Source: Tricharina praecox
Taxonomy: Eukaryota
Direction: 5' to 3'
Length of the DNA stretch: 64,000 nt
Assembly: GCF_024521635.1 (NCBI RefSeq)
Contig: NW_026250425.1
Span: forward strand, 372,001 to 436,000
In this document: one piece after another, positions 21,225 to 32,871 of the stretch
Position numbering within the stretch: position 1 is the stretch's first letter
Layout of the letters: the number at the start of each line of letters is the position of its first letter
Translations under genes and position numbers: made by a program
The notes under the pieces: model-generated
The model's database searches: none
Told to the model about the DNA's origin: nothing
What the model saw: only the letters and a program-made list of their open reading frames with translations

Positions 21225-23896
21225 ATGAGGGCTATTCTTCCAGCTCTAGCTTTCCGCCTGGAACCAGCCCCATTCCCTCCGCTCATCCCCACCACCATCG
21301 ACAATATCACCGCCATCCAGAGAATAAATTTCACGAGCTGCGCCAACCAGTTCGCTGACGATATTCTCTACTACCTACTTCTAAGAAAAGACAATTTGTC
21401 ATTTCCTCTCACATCTGTGGATCTACTGAGCGAGTATGTATACTTGGACCCCCGAACATAAGACGAAAGTGTTGCTGACTCCTAGAAGCGTGGTGGATCA
21501 CTTTGCACAGAGCGACATCTCCGACAACATTCAGATCCCACGCGCACTAACCGCAGGCGTGATCAGCGAGTGCTTTCAGGCACTCGACGAGCTGTTTGCA
21601 AATAACGATGTCTTCAAGGTTCAGATGGACGAAAGGTCTAGGTTGGTCATTGAGAACATCAATTGGGAGGTAGTCGCTTGGTACGCGAGTGAGATGCGCA
21701 AGGCCAATCCTCGGGGATATGCCGAACTGGTGATCAACAGTCCGTCCGATGCCACCAATGAAGCACCTGGCTATCGTCCAGTGCGACTTTCGGATGTTTT
21801 CGCGCCTACAGAGCTCACGACAGATGTGGAGGACTTCACTGAGCGTAGTAGGTGCCTCCCCATGCAACTGACTCCTCCTCATCTCCAGACTTCCCCCAAA
21901 GACATCGATGCGGACTCGGCTGACCCAGCCATCACAGCTGCCGAACTGGATATTGACAGTCTGTCAGATACTACGAACGAAGCGTCCGGAAATAGTCCAG
22001 TGCGATCTTGGGATGTTAGCCCGCATACAGAGCTCACTACAGAAGTGCAGCACCTCACTGAGCGTCGTAAGTGCCTCCTCCACATCTCCAGATTTCCCCC
22101 TCCGAAGACAACGATGCAGACTCGTCTAACCCATCCGTCACAGCAGCAGTGCCAACGGAAAATATGGCGGCCACTGCGCCGATTACCACACCACCAATGC
22201 CAGCAGCGCACAATTTCACCATTCCGGCCTCTCTTGCGTCCGCCATGGCTGCTAGGCCTTACTATCTCCAGACGTTCCTCGGCCCCATTCCTATCGCGAA
22301 GGTTCGTTTACAGCGTCTGAAGGCCTTCGTGCAGAAGGTCTGTCTTGAAGCTCCCGCCGAGCTTCCCTGCCAGCATGTCACTGTGGATAAGTGCATGGAG
22401 AACAACGACGGAGTGGCTTGCAAGGACAAGTACCACTTCGCTATCGTCTACAACGCGTACACGAACGTCGCGTACGGCGATTGTACTTTCCTTTCGGGCT
22501 GCTATAACTGGGATACGTGTCCGTATATTCACTATACGAGAGTGCCAGCGATCAATCCCAAGACATTTGCGGACATGATCAAGTTGCCCAAGCAATTGGA
22601 GCAGGCCATGACCTACAAGTACGGGAACGTCGAGGAGGCTGTCCGAGAGATCGCCTCTGAGGTCAAGGATGGCCGAGAGTATCCCGCGCAGTGGATCAAT
22701 ACCGACATCATGAAGTTCAATTTCAGAGTCATCGGGAGGTACGATGTCATCATGATCGATCGTAAGTGTTTTCCTTCCCGTGAGAGGTATTCAATGCTGA
22801 CAGTCCCAAGCTCCGTGGAGCATCCACATGAAGCTGCCATACCAACAGCTATCAGACAACGACATCGGGAATCTTCCTATCGGTCGGCTGCAAGATTGCG
22901 GCATTATCTTCCTGTGGGTCACCGGTCGTGTCCACAACAAGGGCATTCAGTTTCTTAAGGATTGGGGGTACGTTTGCACACCTTTATTTTTCCCGTGGTC
23001 CAAGGGTTACTAATACCTTTCAGATACAAGTACGTCGACCAGATCACCTGGGTCAAGGTTAACCAGATCAATGCCACAATTGCGACGGGAAGGACCGGCC
23101 ATTGGTTGAACCACTGCAAGGAGACTTGCTTGGTCGGTATCAAGGGATCGCCCAAGGCGAACTTTATGCTCGACAAAAACTCGATCGTAGAGGAAGTCCG
23201 CGGAACCAGCCAGAAGCCGGATGCGGTGTGTTTCTTTCCTCCTACTCCACCCCCACCTACTAATTTCGCGAACAGATCTACGGCATCATCGAGCGGATGA
23301 TGGGACCTGCCGCGAGGAAGCTCGAGTTGTTCGGAAGGGTCCACAATCTCCGAGCTGGTTGGCTGAGTATGTTTCCCCTCTCCCCCAGCGAACGATACCA
23401 ACTAACACACCAAATAGCTATCGGCAACCAGCTCCCCGGTGTCAACCTCGTGGAGCCGATCCTCAAGCGTCGGTACCAGAGGTACCTCTGGCTGCAAGCC
23501 AACAGGCCCTCCAGGAGCGACAGTGAGGCCGACTCCACGCCCGCCACGCCCGTCCCGCCCACCAGTCCGCGCCGAAAGTCAGTTGAGTTTTTGTTGTCCG
23601 CGTCGTCCCCTTTGTCCTCGCCGAGCGCGCAGCAGCAGAACCGCAAACTGTCGTTCCGGGATCCGCCTCAGCAGGCCGAGCACGAGGCCAGCCTATTGCC
23701 GGACGCCCAGGACGCCCAGCACTTGCTGCCCCCCAGCCCCGGTCGCCGCTTGGTGACTCACGGCCACGGTCGCCGCATAGTAACCGATCAGAGCCCGAGA
23801 GGGGGCGCGGTCCTGGAAGCTCGCGCTTCCGTTCCCGGCACCTATGGTAGTGGACGCCCTCTGTTTCCCAGGACTCATCGCGGAGGCCACAGGTAG
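21225..23896 (+). CDS. ime4: METTL3/Ime4-type mRNA m6A methyltransferase (MT-A70 plus tandem CCCH zinc fingers), about 748 aa; introns 21434..21485, 21848..21937, 22067..22143, 22762..22810, 22968..23023, 23226..23275, 23367..23417
   Basis: ZnF1 CQHVTVDKC..CKDKYHF; ZnF2 GDCTFLSGCYNWDTCPYIHY. Then PAQWINTDI, spliced DPPWSIHMKLPY, FLWVTGR, WVK.NQ..TGRTGHWLNH.KE.CLVG.KG, VRGTSQKPD, RKLELFGRVHN and IGNQL. Spliced length is 2247 nt, divisible by 3. Introns 2-3 have alternative solutions. Confidence 0.9.
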
Positions 23897-24443
23897 TCGT
23901 CCGCGCCGTCGTCCGTGCCGCCGCCGCAGCGACCAGGAAGCCACAGACAGTCCGCGCCGTCGTCGCCGTCGTCGCCACCACAAGGAGGCCAGTAGCTCAC
24001 GTTACTGTGCTTGAGAGGGAGTAGAGATTAGATAGTTAATGAACTGATCTAGTCACCAAGTATATGGTTCACTGTGATTTATTTTTTGAAAACGCCCATA
24101 AACCATCCCAGAAATCCGTAGTACACAGGTAAGGTAAGTCTTCTCCGCTATCTTGTACAATGAACACATAGATAGCATCCATCTCGGAACTCGACCCCCG
24201 ACCCGACAGAATAGACCCCAAGTGCTATGTATATGCCGGCGCCTTGGCCGCCAGATCACTCGGTCCCGACAATGCTCGGCGGTTGTGTGTATCCCTGAGG
24301 CAAAATGCATGTGACCCGCCACACCGGACCGGCCGGCCCGCACCAGGGCTTTCACCTCGACTGGCCAGGGCGGGTAGGAAAAAGGAGTTCGTTGGTCCGC
24401 CATAGTTTAGGTACCTAGGCTGCATGCGAAATAAAACAGGAAG

Positions 24444-24444
<1 letters not shown>

Positions 24445-24475
<31 letters not shown>
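24445..24475. repeat. (CT)n microsatellite
   Basis: Directly visible. Confidence 0.9.
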
Positions 24476-24479
<4 letters not shown>

Positions 24480-26034
24480 CAAAATGCCAAAGCTAAGGCG
24501 GAAGGAGAGGCGTTGTCGTCGGATTCGACCGAAAAAGAAATCCATATCGTGATGGTCACCAGGCGATGCACAAAGGTTGCGCCTGTCACCTAAGGGCTGG
24601 CCACTGGCAACGGTCTTTGGCACGTACAGACGACGGTGAAGCCTGGTGGCAACAACCGAAGTTAACCTGAAGCTACCTAGAATATGGTAAATAGAGTGAT
24701 CAGCATAGCTTCAACTTTTCTGTCTACTGAGGCCTATTAGGTATATCCTTATTCTCAGCACGATTCCCTTTGTGTACACATTGAAGTTTTACGCATAAAG
24801 AAAGTGTGAGTGTACCTGAGTAGGAGAAATTCAAAGGTGGCACCGGGACTGTTGAATTTCCGGCTATTAGAAATTCAACAGTCAAACGAGACCTAGATTC
24901 ATCATTCCCGCAGAGGAATTCACTCTCACTCCCCGTGCTAAGAATAATCCAAACGCCTCACACTGTTGCACATACATTCTCCAAAGTTCGTCGAGTGATA
25001 TTTGTGCAGCTACCAGTAGATGGCGTCATATGCTGGCGGCCGCCCTTAACTAGAGCTGCAACACCAATGCATGCAACCACCTCATGTATGCATACGCTCG
25101 TCCATATTCTTCCCGTAGGCCTAGATTCACCTACATACCGTCCTCTACTATGTGTTATTCGACTTCGCATGGAGCATAAAGCATCAGCCCTTCCGTTGGT
25201 CAAGAGGTTCTCGACACGATTTACCGTTGGTACTTTACTCGTAGTTACCTGACGCGTACATGCAACTGACATGGCATTGCCTAAACGACGCAATCGCAAG
25301 TCTACTCTGGCAGTCACTCGAGCGAAGCGCTCCTCAATCTGAGCGGATGAGCTGAGGGAGATATGGAACAAGCGGACAGCCGTCCCGTAGCTGGAAGTAT
25401 GCGCTGCTAACTATACTACAGTTTGCGCCCCCCATCTCGTCGCTGCTGCTTTCGTTATTCGAGCTGACACGTGCATTGACTGTGTGCATTGATTGTGTGC
25501 AGCAAGTCGTTGCAGACTTGCAGTTGGCGGTGGTAGTCTACATACCACTGCAAACCTCCCCACTCCACCGTTTGCAGGTGTAAGTAAGTTGCGAGTTGCA
25601 GTCATGCAGACTCGTGCACAGGACAAAGGGCTTTCGTCGTTCGTTCGATCGCGCCAGCCAGCCAGCGGCCAACATGGAGCTACTAGTACCGTAGTTAGAG
25701 TACCTACAGTACCCGACGGGGTCGGTCGGGGCCGGGGTCGGCGAAGTGGTGAAGCGATGAAGTGAGATTTTTTTTCTCGTTCCTTTTTCTTTTTTCTTTC
25801 TAGTCGGAGTCGGGGACGGAGACGGCGGCGGCGGCGATCGGCGTGGGGATGTCCGATGATGCTGCTGCTGCTGTTGCCGCTTGTCTGTGGATTCCTTCTT
25901 CCCTGTCGATGTCGAACGATGTCGCAGGCCAGTCGGCAGCTCCCCACGGATAAGTACTCTACCTACGGCCCGAGCAAGTTTCTTTGCTATGTGCGGTGTT
26001 CTTAGAAGTGGGCCCTGGCTGGTCGATCTTCTTC

Positions 26035-26107
26035 TTCGGATGATGATGATTCGGATGATGATGATTCGGATGATGATGATGAGGATGATGATGATGAGGA
26101 TGATGAG
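26035..26107. repeat. Compound (GAT)n repeat with 15-bp period
   Basis: tcggatgatgatgat / gaggatgatgatgat units. Confidence 0.85.
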
Positions 26108-29100
26108 TGCCGCTCGCCGTACGGAAGGAGGAGGGAAGGAAGGAAGGATTCTTCAAGTATGTGGCAGTTCCGTGGGTCGCCCACGTTTGTTCACCTCACT
26201 CACTGGCTGGATTCTGAAATGCAGGGACCCGCGTCTCACCCGCCCACCACCACCACCACCACCACCAACCAGCACCACCGCCTCCGCTCGCCGCCCGCCG
26301 CTCGCCGAATCGCAATTCTCTACCACTCTATATACACTCCATGTACTCTATCCGGACTCCGGAGTCTATTGGAGTCCTAACCGAAACCCAAATCCAAATC
26401 CAAATATACCGTACACACAGTGCACACTGGTGAGTCGTGACTGCACACATGCCTTTCGTCTGCTGCTTCGCTGGCCAGCGGCGCGGGGGCAGCATGAAGA
26501 GTAACCAGTTTGCAATTTGCAGTTTACGTATGTCTTTACATCCGTACCTACATCTGCAGAGTACCCACCTATCCACCGAGTCACGAGTGTGGTTCTACCT
26601 ACCTTACACAGGAGATTGGACAGCATGCGCTGCGCTGCCAACAATCAAAGTGCCGAGATGAGGCAAGGCAATGCGAATACTCTAGGTATCATATGTAGAG
26701 TAAGTATGACTGGCTGACTCCTGACTCCCGGCTGCAGCCTCGATTGGTTGGGTTGGGTTGGGTTGGTCACTGGTGGCCCATCTGATCTGGTCGGCAGAGA
26801 GCGCTTATATGAGGTTTACAGAGTAGGTATGTGGAGTACCTGCTCGCCAAATGGATGCAGGTCCTGGAGATACTCTGTGGTGGGATGGTGGAAGGTTGTT
26901 GCCACTATATAGAGTACATACCGGTAGACACTCTACAACAACCCGCAACTTGCAAGTACTATATCCAGCTGAACGAACGAACGAGCTGAGGAAATGAATG
27001 AATCAAACTAAATCCCGTACCTTTCTACATACATGGTCGATTACAGATTATATACACGCATCATCCATTCCCCGCATTCCACATAGCCGCCGCTGCTCCA
27101 TACTTCAATCAAAGAATGAAATGTCGGCCAATCCCAAGTGCATGTCTGTCCGGGTTGCGGGACGTACATACACGAGCGGCTTTGCTGAAGTGTCCAGCGT
27201 TAGTTTTTGCAAAAAAAGTGGTGCACAGGGAAGAGATTTTTTTCTTTCTTCTTCTGCTTCCGGTTCTTCAAGCGACAACGACAGCAACCCACTGAGTCCA
27301 TGTCATGTTATCTCTAAAGTTCAAACTCAGTTTGGCCGCTCCGGAGAAGGGAGAAGGGATAAGGCAAAAGCAATGCAAAGCAAAAGCAAGGCAGAGCAAA
27401 AGCAAAGCGGGCAAGCAGCAGCATCAGCTATGTTTATAGCGCGCGGAACGGGATTCTCAGATCAGATCAGATGGCGACTGTTCTGTTCCGGGGTGACGCG
27501 GACAAGACAAGACAAGCAGCGCGGGGGGATCGTCGCCCGAGAGAGAGAAAGAGAGAGGGGGGGGGGGTCCTAATTTCTCTCACACGTCAATCACCAGCCC
27601 CGTGACTGCGCGTCGAGGTGCCAAGTTCAGAACGTGTATATTACCATATTTTATCTGGGAACCCGCGTTTCCATTTCGCCCCACGGAGTGACCTTTCCCG
27701 GATAGGAGAAATCAAAACAAACCTCCTGAACCAGTTAACCACTTACATACCACACACAAAGCCGAAAGAAAAGAAAAGGGAAGCAAAAGTGGAGCGAGCG
27801 AGCGAACGGAGCGCCCCGGCTGAGGGTTCCCCCTCCCCTCCCCTCCCCGACTTCCAGGCTTATGATGATGTTAGTTATGTCCCGCACTAGGAAGCGTGAC
27901 CTCAGACTTGCCCACCAACCAAGAGTGAGACCTGTCGAGATATCTATGATCCGTGTTGAGACTTGATCGACGTCGGGGACGGAGATTCTGATGCGCAATT
28001 CAGCTCAGCCTTAAGTTGCAGGTGCAGGTGTGATGCCATGGGAATGCCGTCTTGTTCCGTCCCGCCCGTCCGTCGCAACCGACCCAGATCGGCGTCACAG
28101 TTGTCCCTGAAGCTCCAGCTGTTATATATATTCGTTTCGGCGGGGCGTGTGGTTGGCTGGGCGGGCCGCAGTTTAAAAGGCTTTCCTTACAGACAGGTCG
28201 CAACATTCCTGAAAATTTATGCTTTGGCAGTTGACGGCTGTCAGCTGCCAGCTGCGTTCGCGTGGGATGATCCACCATCCGAGATCATTGGTCACGGTGG
28301 CCGGAAGATTTGAAGTTTGAGGCACGATCGGCCGGCGACTGGGACCGACAAGCCAGCCAGCCAGCCCTTTCCAGCTGCCATGAATGTGAATCGCAGGATG
28401 TCATTTCCCCGGCGGCTATCTCACCATCAATAGGTAGCGCAGACCCCATTCATGAATGGATATGAATGAATGTGCACTCATGCAGGTAACCGGATACCGA
28501 AATACCAATTAAGATGAAATACCGGTACCGGCTGTTTACGCCTCCAAGACTCCAAGTCCACAGCGAAGAATGTGTAAACAACAAGAAAAAGAAGTTTCTC
28601 GCCCTTCGCTGTGCCCTGCCCCGCTGCACCTGGCCGGCCTTTTGTATGTAGCAGTCTCCTTCCACCCCCCCCTCGAAACGAGGCGGCCAACGCTAGTATT
28701 CCTCACTTCTGGGACCTGGCAAGGGCTTCGTCTTGTGTCCGGAACGAGCCTGCCCTTCGCCTTTACCGCATGAAACAGTCTGTGCCCTAACTAACGGAAG
28801 CTTGGGGGCAGGAGGGTAGGCTCCCCCTCCGGTGGGCACACACCCTTCGCGATTGCGTTCGGATGACGAAAGAAACCCGTGAGGGGAGGGAGGAAAACGC
28901 TCAACGCGCTCTCCAATTCCCGCTTCCTTCCTTCCTACCGCGTTGACGATCGGATAATCTGCAACGCGCAACGCAGCACGGAGCACGCAATGCTGTGACG
29001 CCGACTGCAGGACGTACGGACGTGATGAATATAAAACAGAGGCGGAGGAAGGTCGGGAGGAAGGAAGGAAGTCGAGCTGATTTCCTTGCTTTTTTCGTCA

Positions 29101-30724
29101 CTAAAGTACCTAGAGGAGTTATAGTGCTCAGCTAAGTACTTGGTTAGTTAGCTGCATGGCTATCGGCTGCAAAGAATCGTTCGAGCGGGATTCCGGTCAG
29201 CGTCTGGGACTGGGGACGAGTCTCCACTCCACTCCAAACAGACGGCCGAGCGTGTGCGTGCGTGTGTTTCGCGTTGTTGTTGTGTTGTTTTGCGGTTTGC
29301 GGGTGTGGTTGCTCGTGCAACGCTACTCGATCCCAAGCCACAAACAAACCCGAAGTCACATGCTGTCGTGTTGTTTGGGCGTTTGGACGCGTCCGCCACG
29401 GGATGTTGCAATGTTGCATCTTCCGGACTTTGGGGCGGCGAAGGAAAGTGCAAATGTTCTGCGGTTATTTTGGTTCCGTGAGTTTTCGCAGTGGGACTGT
29501 GGGAGTTGTGTCTTCGTCCCGCGCATCGCGATTGCCGATGCCGATGCTGTTGGATTCTTTGGCCAGCCGGAGTCTCCACCCGCTCGCCCTTTGTTTGCCC
29601 CACGAACAAATCTGCTGCGTGCGTCCAATCCTCCGCGCTCAACGCTCTTTCTCCCTTCATCGCCGAAACCACAGCTCGTATATAACTATGGGAGCCCCCG
29701 CATCATCCGACCCATCGCATTGCTGCCTTGGGGCCGCTGCTGCTTCATGTGTACGGTACTCTAGATTATCAGGTATGTACCGTACACACTCAGGTATTTG
29801 TCGGTTGCTTGCAAGGTGGAAGGAGGAGGCAAAGGCCGGGATTTGATTTTCTGGTGTGCTTCGTTCATGCATGCGGATGCACAGCACCCAGCAGCGGTCA
29901 TCCAGGCCCCAGAGCATCGCGGCGAGCGAATAGGAATGCAGAGAATGGGGCTGGTGTTGGGGGTGGGATGGACTAAGTGGAGGACATGCTCAGGCAAGGA
30001 GCCGGGCGGTGGAGGTTGCTCTAGGTCGTTCTCAGTTACTTCTGCTGGCAGTCGACTATGGCGTCGGCTTTCCGTGGCAGGAATCGAGAAAGTGAAAAGA
30101 GAGCAAGTCAAGGACAGGATATCTACATGGCATGGTCAACGTGCACTTGTTCTGATCCCGGCCCCCAGCAAGTCCCGCCGAGTCCCTCCCTCCCTCCTCC
30201 TCCTCCTCTCCAGGCGTCTTCATCCACTTCGCTGAGTCCGCTCCCCTCCCCCCGTCCACCAGTCCAAACTCAATCCATCGACGCCAAGCGCCGCTTTATG
30301 CTATCGTATCCACCCCCGTCGTTGTCGGCTTCACCGTCGTCGCTCCAGTAACCGTCTTGGTGATACATAATAAAGCTCCACCTCAGCTGCAACTCCTCTT
30401 CTCCGCTCGCTCCACTCCCTCCCATCCCCCTCCCCCCCCACGTCGCGTGTCTTCCGCCCAGCAACAAACCGAACTATCCTCCATCGACACCCGCTACCGA
30501 CGACGCCCTCTTTACTCCCTCTCCTCCCACCACCTCCCCCTCCTCCTTCTCTATCCTTCCCGACAGCTCCTACCGACAACCGATACCGGTCGTGCAGATT
30601 CCGACTTCGATACGATACCACATTCGAGACACCGACACCCATACCGATACCGTTACCGATATCGATAAATATACCCAGACCGAAACACAAACCAGTCGTC
30701 TCCAACATCTTGCCTCGTCATTGC

Positions 30725-30802
30725 ATGCTCAGGAAGAACCGACACCACGACTACTACTTCTACAAACTGCTTCATCGGCACCTCGGATTATCACTATCCT
30801 AA
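30725..30802 (+). promoter_or_regulatory. Candidate upstream ORF (25 aa, MLRKNRHHDYYFYKLLHRHLGLSLS) in the cdc25 leader
   Basis: The only ATG I found between the pyrimidine-rich region (about 30310) and the cdc25 ATG at 31065. Confidence 0.45.
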
Positions 30803-31064
30803 TCTACTACACATTACCGATTTTGGCAGGATACTATAAACTCAATTCTGTCGGGGTTTCGTTGATTGCGTTGGTTTCTGCTTTCGTAACAGCGCCGTTG
30901 TTGTTTTCAATTACTACCATTTCGGCAAAAAAGAACCGCATTGCTGTGCAGTGAGCCGCTTCTCTAGGTCAGAAATCCTGCCGTACCAACTTGCCGAAGT
31001 CTCCCACAATCTTTGGATCCCATAATTATCTTTTTGGCCTCTCTACGCAAACAAAAAAACGAAA

Positions 31065-32871
31065 ATGGAGGTTGAAACATCTTCGCCATTGCAGTCCCAT
31101 GCGTTCCGCAATCCGGTGTGGCACGACACACCGTCGGCTACGACCACGGCTGTGTCTACGCCTACGAAGGGTTTGTTCGGACCCAAGTTGAATACCGGCT
31201 CGAAAGGCGACTTCTTCGACCAGGAAGGCAGGATGCAATCGTCTCCTACAACGTGTCTCGCAAAGGACCTGTCCCAGAACTTCCATATCGACCAGACGTG
31301 AGTTTGCATTGGAACCCGGAACCATCTCTAATAGTGCTTGCGAGTGTTGGTGTTAATCCGTTTTTCCACACTGCAGTCCATTGAACCCTACGCCCAGGAG
31401 ATCGCTATTCTCGAACTTGAATGCACGCTGTCAGTACTTCCGAGGTCATCATATTCATTCCCTATGTTTGGAATGCTAATTTTTTCCCCGTGCAGCTATG
31501 GTTACTACTCCCCCCATTCCCGCGTCGTCTCCTGGGATTGAGATGGACATCTCGCCCCTTCCGCACAAGGCCGCACACAACCGCATGCCTCTCACTCCCG
31601 ATTACGGTAGGATGAAAATGAGTATGGGTTTGGATATGGGTCTTTGCTCGAGTCCTCCATCATCATCGGGTTCCCCCGGAATGAAGCCACTCGGAAGGCC
31701 CAAACTTGCTGAGTACGGGACATTATCTGAATGATCGAAAGAAGGTATGTGCTAATGAGGGGTTTTAGACGTAAAATCTCCAGACCATCTCTGCTGCGAC
31801 AGGGCAGTCGATTGTCCGGGAACTCGGTGTCGTTCAAGACTCAGGGATCCGGTTCGATCAATATCGGTAGATCGTCGGCCAGTTCTCAGTTGGACCTGGA
31901 GGAACTCTTCACTGGAGGAGCATCTCCCGAGGGCAAGAGGATTGGGTCCGCTGCCGGCTTTCTCGGTCCCCCACCACCGAAGCCTTTTGCCATGGCCAAT
32001 GCAGATGGATCGCCCGTTGGACCGCTCACTCGCCTGAGTCGCCCAGCCGCCAGACCGAAGGGAAAGATTAGGCGTACTATGAGCATGTTTGAGCATCCGC
32101 AAGAAGTCGTCACTAAAGATGCGAACGAGGAGGTGTCCAAGTCCCCCATGGCCGACGCTGGCGAGAACACATACATCCCTTCGTTCAACGTAAAGGATGA
32201 CCCTCTCCGCCGCATCAACCGGGCCACCCTCATCTCAATCATGGATGGAGAATACGAGGAGCACTACGACGAATTTATGATTGTGGACTGCCGCTTTGAA
32301 TACGAGTTTGAGGGAGGACACATCGCCGGAGCGACCAATATCAATAGCATTGATATTCTGGAGGAGAAATTCTTTGCCGAGCCGCAGGGAGATAAGCGTC
32401 AGCTAATCATCTTCCACTGCGAGTACTCGGCTCATCGTGCACCGCGCATGTAAGATCGATCCGCGTCCATCGCTTTGCATGCGTAGCTAATCATCTCCCA
32501 GGGCTCTCCACCTCCGCAAGCGTGACAGACTCGTGAACATGCATCGTTATCCCGCACTCAACTACCCTGACATTTTCGTTCTCGAGGGTGGATACTCGTC
32601 CTTCTTCAGCCAGCATAAAATCCGCTGCGAGCCCCAACACTACGTCGAGATGGACGACGAGAAGCACAAGCGTACCTGTGAACGTGAGATGAGCAAGTTC
32701 CGCCGCAACCACAACCACAAATCGTTCTCGCGCACGCAGAGCTTTACATACGGCGCCCTCCCCGAAATTGAAGGCAGTCCTAGCGCTGGCCTGGCAGGCA
32801 AACGCCCGGCATGCGGATCAGGCGGCCTCGACATTGCGCCCCCGCGATCGAGACGAATGGCAACCTACTAG
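31065..32871 (+). CDS. cdc25: M-phase inducer phosphatase Cdc25/NimT/Mih1; introns 31298..31376, 31430..31495, 31713..31768, 32450..32501
   Basis: IVDCRFEYEFEGGHI, catalytic HCEYSAHRAP, YPALNYPDIFVLEGGYSSFF and CEPQHYVEM. N-terminal LAKDLSQNFHID..PTPRRSLF is typical of fungal Cdc25. Confidence 0.95.

Noticed and set aside
21845..21937. Possible stwintron (internal intron 21848..21888 recreating a GTAACT donor)
   Set aside because: The recreated donor is weak, and simpler single-intron solutions already keep the frame.
25881..26504. Poly-Met or poly-Asp ORF
   Set aside because: Produced by (GAT)n and (CCA)n repeats; no convincing start or splice structure.
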